This document shows, one piece after another, positions 30,097 through 39,392 of a stretch of 64,000 nucleotides of DNA; the first letter of the stretch is position 1, and every line of letters begins with the position of its first letter. The notes under the pieces are model-generated. The model did no database searches. It was given only the letters and a program-made list of their open reading frames with translations, and was not told where the DNA came from. This DNA comes from Phycisphaerales bacterium (lineage in GTDB: Bacteria; Planctomycetota; Phycisphaerae; Phycisphaerales; UBA1924), in NCBI GenBank assembly GCA_965227775.1, contig OZ245777.1, positions 832,001-896,000 of the forward strand. The letters run 5' to 3'. The translations under genes and the position numbers were made by a program.

Positions 30097-31403
30097 TCCT
30101 CGATACGCACGGTCTTGCGCACATCGGCACGCTTGCGCCAGACGGCACCACTCGAGCCCGACCCATGGGGTATGACGGCGATCCAACCCGTGCCACGCAG
30201 CTCGACCTCGTTGGTCGCAATCGAAGCGACCTCGACGCGCCCCACGGGGCCGTTGCTCGTATACGTCTGCCCGTCTCGCGGTGCGCCGCGGCGCCGTTGG
30301 TCGGTCGTGTTCATTGAGACACCCGCGATCGCCTGCTGCGGGTCTTGCACCATATCGGCGGGCTGGCCATCGACCGTCAGCGAGTCGGGCTCGAACCACA
30401 CGCGTAGCACGGCGCTGCTCGGCACGCTGATGTTGCCGCGATGGTCAGCCCCGAACCCGAAGCGGAACGAGCCACCTTCAAGCCTGCTGACCACATCGGG
30501 AGCCGCCAGCCACACATCGAGCATGTTCGCGTAGTAGTGCTCGATGGCGTCCGCCGGAACGGCCTGCGCGATCGCGGTCGCGTCCAGCCAGCCCTCGGCC
30601 TCGGGCGACACGTAGCCCTTTGTATCGCGCAGTTCGAGCATGCCACGGAAGAGAGTCTCGGTTTCCGTCGGCGTCAACGTACGCGTCTGCAGCTCGGTCC
30701 ACTCCTCGTACGTAAACCCACGCGGCGCCACGGTGACCTCCTTGATGAGCGCCCCATTGGGCAGGTAGGGCATGTACGTCGCAGAGCCGTGCCCGAGGAA
30801 GCCGATGCTGGCGAATGACGCAATCACGAGCGCCGCGCCAAGGACGATCATGGGCGTGATCACCCGCCGCGTGCCCTTAATGATCGCCGTGGAGAACCTC
30901 AGGCTCGCGCCGCACTCGGGGCACGTGACGTATCCGCCCTCGGGCGCGCCGGCCAAGTCGTACTGGCACTTGCGACACCGAGGCTCGTCGCCGCGGCGGA
31001 CGAAGGCAAAACCGATGAACGCGAAGCCTGAGAACATCAGACCCATCTGTGCGTTGGAGATGACCCCAACAAGCAGGCTGCCGCCCCGCCCGCCGATGAG
31101 GCCCGTAAAGGTCACCATCCAGCCGACCATGAGCGGGAAGGCCAGCAGCGCCAGGACCACCCGGACGGGCGTGAGCGCCAGCACGTCGAGCACACGCTGG
31201 CGCAGGGGCGTGTCGCCGCCCTCGGTGAACCACTTCTTCAAGAACCAGCACGCGAAGATCCAGAGCCCCATCACGAGGACCATGACGGGCAGCGCCCACC
31301 GGCGGCCGCCGATGCCCAGCCAGGCCGGCAGCACAAACCAGGCTGTCGCGGCGAGCGCCAGCACCAGGGCCGACCAGCCGAGGATCTTCGAAAGACGAGA
31401 CAT
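30093..31403 (-). CDS. Membrane protein with internal zinc ribbon
   Basis: Four N-terminal hydrophobic helices, CRKCQYDLAG...TCPECG, another helix, soluble C-domain. Confidence 0.75.
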   Translation of the reverse strand: MSRLSKILGWSALVLALAATAWFVLPAWLGIGGRRWALPVMVLVMGLWIFACWFLKKWFTEGGDTPLRQRVLDVLALTPVRVVLALLAFPLMVGWMVTFTGLIGGRGGSLLVGVISNAQMGLMFSGFAFIGFAFVRRGDEPRCRKCQYDLAGAPEGGYVTCPECGASLRFSTAIIKGTRRVITPMIVLGAALVIASFASIGFLGHGSATYMPYLPNGALIKEVTVAPRGFTYEEWTELQTRTLTPTETETLFRGMLELRDTKGYVSPEAEGWLDATAIAQAVPADAIEHYYANMLDVWLAAPDVVSRLEGGSFRFGFGADHRGNISVPSSAVLRVWFEPDSLTVDGQPADMVQDPQQAIAGVSMNTTDQRRRGAPRDGQTYTSNGPVGRVEVASIATNEVELRGTGWIAVIPHGSGSSGAVWRKRADVRKTVRIED

Positions 31404-31451
31404 GCCCGGAGTCTAACCGACACTCTGGCCCTGCCCTCCATATCCTTCCGG

Positions 31452-33440
31452 GTGACACAGACCCCGACCGAAGCTTCCGCCGCCACACGCCCGCCCAACC
31501 CGGCGAACGGCGACTGGACCACCGAAGACTCGGCCGACCTCTACGGCATCGACCGCTGGGGTGGTGGCTATTTCGCAGCCGGCGCTGACGGGCGCATGCG
31601 GGTCACACCGCGCGGGCCCGATGGCCCGAGCATCGACTTGGGCGAGGTTGTCGAGGGCCTGCGCGAGCGTGGGCTCTGGGCACCCGTGTTGCTGCGCTTC
31701 AACGACGTGATGGACCACCGGATGGGACGCCTGCGCGAGGCCTTCGACGCGGCTATCAAGGACGAGGGCTACGAAGGCGGCTACGAGGCGGTCTACCCCA
31801 TCAAGGTCAACCAGCAGCGCAGCGTGTGCGAGCAGATCAAGCACGCCGCAAACAACTATGGCTTCGGCCTCGAGGCCGGCAGCAAGCCCGAGCTGCTCGC
31901 CGTCCTCGCGCTCACCGCCGACAGCCCGAAGATCCCCATCGTCTGCAACGGCTTCAAGGACGAGGAGTACATCGAGACGGTCGTGCTTGCCAGCCGCATC
32001 CGTGATCGCATCTACCCGATCGTCGAGCGGCCCAGCGACCTGGACCTGATCATCCGCATCGCGCGCGAGCACGACGTCACCCCCCGCATCGGCGTGCGCA
32101 TCAAGCCCAGCGCCAAGGGCATGGGCCGCTGGCAGGGCTCGGCCGGGGAGGCGGCCAAGTTTGGCCTCACCGCCGCGCAGCTCGTTGAGGGCCTCGACAA
32201 GCTCCGCGACGCGAACATGCTCGACTGCCTGCAGGTTGTGCACTTCCACATCGGCAGCCAGGTGTGCGACATCATCAGCTTCAAGGCCGCCATCACCGAG
32301 CTCGCGTGGACCTACGCCGAGCTGCGCCGAATGGGCGCGGGCGTAACGCACATCAACGTCGGTGGCGGGCTGGGTGTCGACTATGACGGCAGCGGCAGCG
32401 CGACCGACAGCAGCGTGAACTACGACCTGCGCGAGTACGCCGCCGACATCGTGTACCGCATCAAGGTCGTGTGCGACGAGGCCGATCAACCCCACCCGAG
32501 CATCTTCAGCGAGAGCGGCCGCGCCATGGTCGCCCACGGCAGCATGCTCGTCGTCGACGTGCTCGCCTCGAGTGGCCTGCCCGCCCCCGTTGATGTCAAG
32601 GGCCTCCGCGCGCAGCTCGACACGCTGGACGAGGCACCGCGCCCGGTCGTCGAACTGCTGAACACATACGAAGGGATGGAAGATGGTCGCATCGGCGAGT
32701 TGAGCCACGACGCACTGGCCGCTCGGGACGAAGCGATCGCGCTGTTCCAATACGGTCGCCTGAGCCTGGACATGCGCGCCACCGCCGAGCGGCTGTTCAA
32801 GGCCATCGCCGCCGGCCTGCTCGCAAGGCCCGACGCCGTCGACGAGGACGAGATCCTGATCGAAGACGTGCGCCCACTGGCCGGCGTGGTACGCGAGACG
32901 TTCTTCTGCAACTTCAGCCTGTTCCAATCGATGCCCGACGCGTGGGCCATCGACCAGCTCTTCCCCATCGCGCCCCTGCGTCGCCTCAATGAAAGGCCGA
33001 CACGCCGCGGCATCCTGGCGGACATGACCTGCGATAGCGACGGTGCCATCAAGCGCTTCCCCGCGACCGATGGCGGGCCATACGACGATGCGTTGATGCT
33101 GCACGACATCAAGGACGACGAGCACTACGAGATCGGTATCTTCCTCGTCGGCGCCTACCAGGAAGTGCTCGGAGACCTGCACAACCTGTTCGGAGACACC
33201 CACGCCGTGCACATCGAGCTCGATGACGACCAAGACTCGTGGGCGATCGCCGAAGTCGTCGAAGGCGACACCGTCAAGGATGTGCTGGGCTACCTGCAGT
33301 ACGACGGTAACGAACTCCGCCGCGCGATGCGCAAGGACGTCGAGAAAGCCGTCCGCACGGGCACGCTCTCCGTCGCCGATGGCGCCGCGCTCATGCGGTA
33401 CTACGAGCACGGCCTGGCCGGCTACACCTATCTCGAATAG
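31452..33440 (+). CDS. speA: Biosynthetic arginine decarboxylase
   Basis: YPIKVNQQ, GLEAGSKPEL, HFHIGSQ, GGGLGVDYDG, SESGRA, TCDSDG, GAYQEVLGDLHNLFG. Confidence 0.97.
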   Translation: MTQTPTEASAATRPPNPANGDWTTEDSADLYGIDRWGGGYFAAGADGRMRVTPRGPDGPSIDLGEVVEGLRERGLWAPVLLRFNDVMDHRMGRLREAFDAAIKDEGYEGGYEAVYPIKVNQQRSVCEQIKHAANNYGFGLEAGSKPELLAVLALTADSPKIPIVCNGFKDEEYIETVVLASRIRDRIYPIVERPSDLDLIIRIAREHDVTPRIGVRIKPSAKGMGRWQGSAGEAAKFGLTAAQLVEGLDKLRDANMLDCLQVVHFHIGSQVCDIISFKAAITELAWTYAELRRMGAGVTHINVGGGLGVDYDGSGSATDSSVNYDLREYAADIVYRIKVVCDEADQPHPSIFSESGRAMVAHGSMLVVDVLASSGLPAPVDVKGLRAQLDTLDEAPRPVVELLNTYEGMEDGRIGELSHDALAARDEAIALFQYGRLSLDMRATAERLFKAIAAGLLARPDAVDEDEILIEDVRPLAGVVRETFFCNFSLFQSMPDAWAIDQLFPIAPLRRLNERPTRRGILADMTCDSDGAIKRFPATDGGPYDDALMLHDIKDDEHYEIGIFLVGAYQEVLGDLHNLFGDTHAVHIELDDDQDSWAIAEVVEGDTVKDVLGYLQYDGNELRRAMRKDVEKAVRTGTLSVADGAALMRYYEHGLAGYTYLE

Positions 33441-33455
33441 GAGCCTCGAATAGCC

Positions 33456-34343
33456 GTGCGAGAGCGAGAACTGCTCCAACGCATCGCCAACCGATCGTCA
33501 GACCTGCACGCGAGCTTCGGCCACGTGCTCGTCGGCCCAGGCGACGACTGCGCCGTCATCGCCGCCGAGCCGCACCCGCTGCTGCTCACGACCGACCACC
33601 TCGTGCAGCACCGCCACTTCGACGACGACCTCCCGCTCGAGCTCGTCGCGCGCAAGGCGATCCTGCGTTCGGCCAGTGACATCGCTGCCATGGCCGGCAC
33701 GCCCGCTTGGGCGCTCGCGACCGCCCTGCTGCCCCCGGATTACGCACACGCCGACGAACTCTTCAACCACATGTCAAGGTTTGCGCGCGAGTTCGGCTGC
33801 CCGCTTGTCGGCGGAGACATCGCCAGCCTGCCGCCCGAGAGCGACGGCCCCATCTCGCTCACCGTCACCGTTGGTGGGCACGCGGCAAGGCCAGTCCTGC
33901 GCAGCGGCGCGCGCGCGGGCGACATCGTGTACGTGACCGGTGCGCTTGGCGGCTCGCTTCAAAACCAGCGACACGCGAGCACCGAGCCGCGCATCGAGCT
34001 CGCGCTGCACCTGGCCGAGCACCTGACCTCGATGATCGATGTCTCCGATGGCCTGGGCATCGACGCCGCGCGCATCGCCAAGGCCTCGAACGTGCGCATC
34101 GAGCTCGACGCAGCCACGATCCCGGTCCATCCTGACGCGGACGGCATCGAAGCCGCGCTGGCCGACGGCGAGGACTACGAGCTGCTCTTCACTGCACCCG
34201 ATGGCGCACCCATCCCCAGGGGTTTCGAGGGCACGCCCATCGCCCGAATCGGGCGCGCTGTTGCGGACGATCCAGCCGCCATCCTGATCTCGGCCGACGG
34301 CTCCCAGCGCGACGTCTCGGCCCAAGGATTCGAGCATGGCTGA
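33456..34343 (+). CDS. thiL: Thiamine-monophosphate kinase
   Basis: GPGDDCA, SDIAAM, LVGGD, IDVSDGL, GEDYELLFT. Confidence 0.95.
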   Translation: MRERELLQRIANRSSDLHASFGHVLVGPGDDCAVIAAEPHPLLLTTDHLVQHRHFDDDLPLELVARKAILRSASDIAAMAGTPAWALATALLPPDYAHADELFNHMSRFAREFGCPLVGGDIASLPPESDGPISLTVTVGGHAARPVLRSGARAGDIVYVTGALGGSLQNQRHASTEPRIELALHLAEHLTSMIDVSDGLGIDAARIAKASNVRIELDAATIPVHPDADGIEAALADGEDYELLFTAPDGAPIPRGFEGTPIARIGRAVADDPAAILISADGSQRDVSAQGFEHG

Positions 34344-34965
34344 GCACACGCTCGAGACCAACTCGCCTCAACAGACCGAGGCCTGGGCCGCGACGTTCGC
34401 CACGTCGCTGGCCCCGGGCGACGTGCTCGCACTCGAGGGCGACCTGGGCGCGGGCAAGACCACGCTCGTGCGCGGCCTGGCGAAGGGCCTGGGCATCGAT
34501 CCCGCCCTCGTCTCGAGCCCCACCTTCGCGCTCATGAACGAGTACGAGGGGCAGGGCGTCACCCTCGTCCACATCGACGCGTACCGGATGACGGGCCCGG
34601 AGGAGCTCGCCGGCCTGGGGTGGGACCGCCTGCTCGAAGACGCCGATGTCATCATCGCCATCGAGTGGCCAAGCCGCGTGGCAGGGGCCCTCCCGCCGTC
34701 GCGCACGATGTCGATCGCCCTCGAGCACATCGGCGACGGCGAGCGGTCCATCACCGTCACGCCCAAGCGCGGCTGGACGACCTGCCCAAGCACCGGCAAG
34801 CGTGTGCCGCCCGACAGCCCAACCTGGCCGTTCATCGACGAGCGGGCCCAGCTGGCCGACCTGCACGGCTGGTTCGCCGGCAAGCACACGATCAGCCGCC
34901 CGGTCGATCTGGAACGCGACGACCTCTCGGATATCCCCCACGCGCCGCCCGACGAGAACGCCTAG
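34336..34965 (+). CDS. tsaE: TsaE (t6A ATPase) fused to C-terminal YacG-like domain
   Basis: GDLGAGKTT, SSPTF, HIDAYR, IEW; then CPSTGK..PF..RAQLADLHGW. Confidence 0.9.
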   Translation: MAEHTLETNSPQQTEAWAATFATSLAPGDVLALEGDLGAGKTTLVRGLAKGLGIDPALVSSPTFALMNEYEGQGVTLVHIDAYRMTGPEELAGLGWDRLLEDADVIIAIEWPSRVAGALPPSRTMSIALEHIGDGERSITVTPKRGWTTCPSTGKRVPPDSPTWPFIDERAQLADLHGWFAGKHTISRPVDLERDDLSDIPHAPPDENA

Positions 34966-35013
34966 CACGCGGCCCACACCCGTCGCCCGCACGGGGGCCG
35001 TACCCTCCCGGCG

Positions 35014-35727
35014 ATGCACGCGAATCTCTACTTTCTCGCCCAGGCCGACGCCCCCACCGCCAGCGCGTGGTCGCTGTTCGTCCAGTCGATCGACATCTTC
35101 ACGATCATCCTCGTCGCGGGCTCCATCGCCGGCGTGGCGCTGCTCGTGCAGTGCATCCTCGAGATCCGCAAGGACAACCTGCTGCCCGAGAGCGAGCTCG
35201 AACGGCTCGACACGCTCACGGCCTCGAAGTCGCGCTCAGAGCTGGTTAGCTACCTGCGCACGAGAGCGTCCTTCCCAGCCCTCGTGCTCAAGAGCATGCT
35301 GAGCGCCGAAGACTCGGCAGGGCATGCAAACCTGAGCAGCGCCGGCGCCCGCGAGGCCGCCCAGCTCGAGGCCGACGCGCAGTGCGCCCGCTGGCTGCGA
35401 CGCATCGAGCCGCTGGCAACCATCGGCAACCTTGCGCCGCTTGTGGGCCTGGCCGGCACGGTCTGGGGCATGATCCTGGCGTTCACCACCATCGGGGCCG
35501 AGGGCGGCGCCGCGGGCCCGGCGCAGCTCTCGCTTGGCATCAGCAAGGCGCTGTTTCACACGCTGCTGGGCCTGTGCCTCGCCGTACCCGCGCTCGTCGC
35601 ATACAGCGTGCTCCGCGCGCGCGTCGATCGCCTGTGCGACCAGGCCACGAGCGCCACCACGCCGCTCGTCGAGCGCGTCGCGCGCCGCATCGGCGATCAC
35701 GAACAGCCTGACGGATCCGAGGCATGA
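35014..35727 (+). CDS. MotA/TolQ/ExbB proton channel protein
   Basis: LAPLVGLAGTVWGMILAF, GISKALFHTLLGL. Confidence 0.9.
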   Translation: MHANLYFLAQADAPTASAWSLFVQSIDIFTIILVAGSIAGVALLVQCILEIRKDNLLPESELERLDTLTASKSRSELVSYLRTRASFPALVLKSMLSAEDSAGHANLSSAGAREAAQLEADAQCARWLRRIEPLATIGNLAPLVGLAGTVWGMILAFTTIGAEGGAAGPAQLSLGISKALFHTLLGLCLAVPALVAYSVLRARVDRLCDQATSATTPLVERVARRIGDHEQPDGSEA

Positions 35728-36146
35728 GGCGCCGCCGGCCGACCAGCAACGGCGCGAGCCACCCCAACCTCACGCCCATGATCGACGTGGTCATGTGCCT
35801 GATCGTCTTCTACCTGCTGGTGGGCCAGCTCGCCAGCGACCAGCGCAGCGACCTCACGCTCCCGCGCTCGGGCACGGGCGACGAGGCCCAGGAAGCGCAA
35901 GCCGCGTTCGTGAATGTCCGCCTCGACGACGACCGCCTCGCGCTCGACGTCGACGGCGCGCCCGTGCCCATCACGCAGCTCGGCCGCGCCGTGCGCGCCG
36001 CCCCTTCGGTGCACCTGCGCGCCGATGCGGCGCTGCCCTACGAACGATTATCACCGGTGCTGAGCGAGCTTCGGCGCGCAGGCGTGCGCTCCGTTCGCGT
36101 CGCGACCGAGCAGACCACCATCGCACCCTTCGCGGGCGGGTCCTGA
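35724..36146 (+). CDS. ExbD/TolR family protein
   Basis: NLTPMIDVVMCLIVFYL; LRAD; ATGA overlap. Confidence 0.9.
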   Translation: MRRRRPTSNGASHPNLTPMIDVVMCLIVFYLLVGQLASDQRSDLTLPRSGTGDEAQEAQAAFVNVRLDDDRLALDVDGAPVPITQLGRAVRAAPSVHLRADAALPYERLSPVLSELRRAGVRSVRVATEQTTIAPFAGGS

Positions 36147-36149
36147 CCC

Positions 36150-36587
36150 ATGCGGCGCGCACGAGATCCCAAGCACGTATACGGCCCGAACCTCGCGCCC
36201 ATGGTCGACGTGGTGCTCGTCATCCTCATCTTCTTCATGGCGTCCATCGTGTTCGTCGGGCCCGAGTGGTTCCTGCCCGCGGCTATCCCGGGCCAACGTA
36301 CGCAAGCCGAGCCCGAAGAGCTCGATCCCTTCGCACTGCCCGATCCAACGCTCAACGTGCGTGTCGAGCTGCTCGACGAGAACCCGATCGTCGTCGGCCT
36401 CGGCCCCAGCCGCGTCGCGCTCGCAGAGCTCGAGCCGTACGCGCAAGCCCAGTTCACCGGGCTCGATCCGGCGACCATCAAGGTCCGTCTGGGCGCCGGC
36501 ACCGGCGTCGTCTGGCAGCACGTCGTGACAGCCCAGGACGTGCTGACACGCGTGGGCGTCCGCCAGATCGCGCTGGATACGCCCTAG
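36150..36587 (+). CDS. ExbD/TolR family protein (second copy)
   Basis: NLAPMVDVVLVILIFFM. Confidence 0.88.
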   Translation: MRRARDPKHVYGPNLAPMVDVVLVILIFFMASIVFVGPEWFLPAAIPGQRTQAEPEELDPFALPDPTLNVRVELLDENPIVVGLGPSRVALAELEPYAQAQFTGLDPATIKVRLGAGTGVVWQHVVTAQDVLTRVGVRQIALDTP

Positions 36588-37960
36588 CTCGCGAGCACCG
36601 CGGTTGCCACGCCCAGGTAGATCAAGATCCCGCTGATATCCATCAGCGTCGCAACCAATGGGCTGCTGATCGTCGCGGGGTCGAGCTTCAATTTTTCGAG
36701 CAGCAGCGGCAGCAGCCCGCCGAGCATCGCCGCCCACGTCACGATGCCAACGACCGCCAGGCCGACGGCAAGGCCCACGCGCATCGGCTGGTCCGTGCTC
36801 GCAAGGCCGACCCCGTCGACGAGCAGCACGATGCCCACGCCCATGACGCCCAGCGCGAGCCCGAGGATCGATCCCGTGACCAGCTCCTTGCGCGCAACGC
36901 GCTGCCAGTCTCGCGGCGCAACCTCGCGAAGCGACACCGCACGGATAAGCAGGCTCGCCGCTTGCGTACCCGTGTTCCCGCCGCACGAGATCATCAGTGG
37001 AACGAGCATCGCCAATATCAGGTGCGTCTCGAGCGCACCCTCGAAGCGCCCGAGGATGGCGATCGTGAACACCTGCACCACGAACAGGATCGCCAGCGCG
37101 ATGCCGCGCTTGCGGAGCATCGAGAGCAGCGTCGTCTTGATGTACGGATCGTCGAGCGCTTCCATACCACCGAGCAGCTGGATGTCCTCGGTCGCCTCTT
37201 CCTCGACCACGTCGGCCACGTCGTCGATCGTCACGATGCCCAGCAGCACGCCCTTGCTGTCGACCACCGGCAGCACGGTGCGGTCGTAGTCGAGCATCGC
37301 TCGCGCCGCCTGCTCCTGGTCGTCGGTCGCGCTTAGCGCCTGGTACGCGTCGTCCATGATGTCGCGCACGGTCTCATTCGGCTCGGCCAGCAGGATCGAC
37401 CGGATGTGCAGGTCGTCGATCAGCACACCTCGCGGATCGATTACGTACACCCAGTGCACCGTCTCCGCGTCGCGCCCGTACCGCCGGATGTGCTCGAGCG
37501 CCTGCGCGATGATCCACTCGGGCCGCAGCCGCACGTAGTCGGGCGTCATCAGTCGGCCTACCGACTCTTCTGGATACCCGAGGATCTGCTGGGTGGCCCT
37601 GCGATCTTCGGGCCTGAGCTGATTGATCAGCCGCTTGGCCGCATCGGTGGGCATCTCGTCGAGCAGCGCCGCACGGTCATCGGGGTCCATGGCCTGCAGC
37701 ATTGTGCGGGCCGACCGATCGCCGAGGGCCTCGATGATCGCCTGCTGGCGATCGCTTGTGAGGTCGGCAAACGCCTCGCCCGCCAGCTCGCGCGGCAGCA
37801 ACCGGAAGGCGACCGCCGCCTCGGCCGCATCCAGCACGTCGAGCACCGCCGCGACGTCGAACGGCGGCATGGGTGCCAGCGCCTCGCGCAGCTCCCGATA
37901 GCGCTTGGCCTCGATCAGTTCCCGGACCTCGACGTTCAGCAGCTCGGCGGTGGGGTTCAT
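36584..37960 (-). CDS. mgtE: Magnesium transporter MgtE
   Basis: YPEESVGRLMTPDY, CBS pair, GGNTGTQ, DPATISSPLVATLMD. Confidence 0.96.
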   Translation of the reverse strand: MNPTAELLNVEVRELIEAKRYRELREALAPMPPFDVAAVLDVLDAAEAAVAFRLLPRELAGEAFADLTSDRQQAIIEALGDRSARTMLQAMDPDDRAALLDEMPTDAAKRLINQLRPEDRRATQQILGYPEESVGRLMTPDYVRLRPEWIIAQALEHIRRYGRDAETVHWVYVIDPRGVLIDDLHIRSILLAEPNETVRDIMDDAYQALSATDDQEQAARAMLDYDRTVLPVVDSKGVLLGIVTIDDVADVVEEEATEDIQLLGGMEALDDPYIKTTLLSMLRKRGIALAILFVVQVFTIAILGRFEGALETHLILAMLVPLMISCGGNTGTQAASLLIRAVSLREVAPRDWQRVARKELVTGSILGLALGVMGVGIVLLVDGVGLASTDQPMRVGLAVGLAVVGIVTWAAMLGGLLPLLLEKLKLDPATISSPLVATLMDISGILIYLGVATAVLAS

Positions 37961-38205
37961 CGCCGCAATGGGAGCCTGCCGACGGACCGAATGCAACCGC
38001 GCCGACCATGAAGATCCGTGGAAACGCCCGCGCGATTCGAGGGCCTATCCTCTCCGCCCACGCATCCGCCGCGTGGTGGCGTGCGGATCGGCCCCGTGCC
38101 GAGGCTCCCCGTCGGGGGCCAAATCGTGGTATCATCCGGGCCCGAGGGCTACCCCGAATGGGGCCCGATCGGTTCTGCCCCGTCCCAACGCTGGAGCGAA
38201 GCGCC

Positions 38206-39024
38206 ATGGCCAAGCTGTTCTACTCGATGGAAGAGACCTGCCAGAAGCTCAACAAGAGCGAGGAAGAGGTCCTGGAGCTCGTCGAATCCAATCGCCTGAG
38301 CAAATTCGTCGACGGCGACAAGCTCATCTTCAAGGTAGATCAGGTCGACCTGCTCGCCGACGGAGACTCGGAGGGCGAGGACGACGACCTGCCCGGCTTC
38401 GCAGACGATTCGGGCATCGGGCTCGAGGCCGACGACTCGGCCATCGGCTTTGCCGACGATGATGACGGCCTCGCAGCCGGAGAGCCCAAGGAGCAGACCG
38501 GCATCAGCATCTTCGACGCCGACGAGGTCGAGGAAGCCGACGCTGCCGCCCAGACCCAGATTACCTCAGCTCCCAGCTTCGGCATGGAGACGGCCGCCGA
38601 CCCCGCCGCCTCTGGCAGCGGCCTGCTGGATATGACCCGCGAGGCCGACGACACCTCGCTAGGTGCGGACCTGCTCAGCGACTTCGACATGGATAGCGAG
38701 GGCTCGACCGTCGGCGAGAACGTCGAGACCGGCGGTGGCGCGCTGTTCGAGGAGGCCGGCACCACCGCTGGCCAGCCCGCCGCGGTCGTCTACGCCGAGG
38801 AGACCCTCGAGCCCGGCTCGTCGATGGCAACGATGTTCGCCTGCTTCGGCCTGTTCCTGGTCATGTCGTTCGCCTTCGCACTGATCGTCTCGATCACCAC
38901 CGGCGCGGGCGTCATGATGGATCTCATCGGCGGGCTGAGCATCATGGTGCTCGCGGGCGCCATGGCCGGCGTGGTGATCGTCCTGGCCATCATCGGTTTC
39001 CTGGTCGGCAAGATGACGAGCTGA
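38206..39024 (+). CDS. MerR/excisionase-like HTH protein with acidic linker and two C-terminal TM helices
   Basis: FYSMEETCQKLNKSEEEVLELV..KLIFKVDQV, D/E-rich linker, two hydrophobic helices; GGAG RBS. Confidence 0.78.
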   Translation: MAKLFYSMEETCQKLNKSEEEVLELVESNRLSKFVDGDKLIFKVDQVDLLADGDSEGEDDDLPGFADDSGIGLEADDSAIGFADDDDGLAAGEPKEQTGISIFDADEVEEADAAAQTQITSAPSFGMETAADPAASGSGLLDMTREADDTSLGADLLSDFDMDSEGSTVGENVETGGGALFEEAGTTAGQPAAVVYAEETLEPGSSMATMFACFGLFLVMSFAFALIVSITTGAGVMMDLIGGLSIMVLAGAMAGVVIVLAIIGFLVGKMTS

Positions 39025-39050
39025 GCGACGAACCAGAGTGAGCGATCGAA

Positions 39051-39078
39051 GCGGCCCTGAATCGGGGCCGTTTTTCTT
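39051..39078 (+). terminator. Intrinsic terminator
   Basis: gcggccct-gaatc-ggggccgt (G-T pairs) followed by ttttctt. Confidence 0.75.
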
Positions 39079-39099
39079 GCGCCAGCGCCTGTCGGAACC

Positions 39100-39392
39100 G
39101 CTGTGGACAAGTTGTTACTGGCGCTCGGCCTGCGTCTTAGGGCACCCAAGCGCCTGCGAGCAACCGAGCGCCAGCGGCGGATTGCACCCAAGGCGAGCGC
39201 CAAGCGCCAGGCAACCGCCCGGGTCGACTGTTCTGCAAATGCTTGTTAAGCAATAGCTTGCGCAGGTCGTTCCGGTAGTCTTCCACAAGACGACATGCGT
39301 AACGAATACGACGACTATTTCTTATATAGAACGGGTAGAAAGAGAGGAGGCCATCGGCCCGCCCGCCCGGGTCATGGCCATTGTGGATAAGT
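39100..39392. other. Candidate chromosomal replication origin (oriC)
   Basis: DnaA boxes TGTGGACAA 39102-39110, TCTTCCACA 39279-39287, TGTGGATAA 39382-39390; IHF-like 39236-39260; TACGACGACTATTTCTTATATAGA 39307-39330. Confidence 0.6.

Noticed and set aside
31413..33479. 688-aa minus-strand ORF
   Set aside because: Antisense to speA
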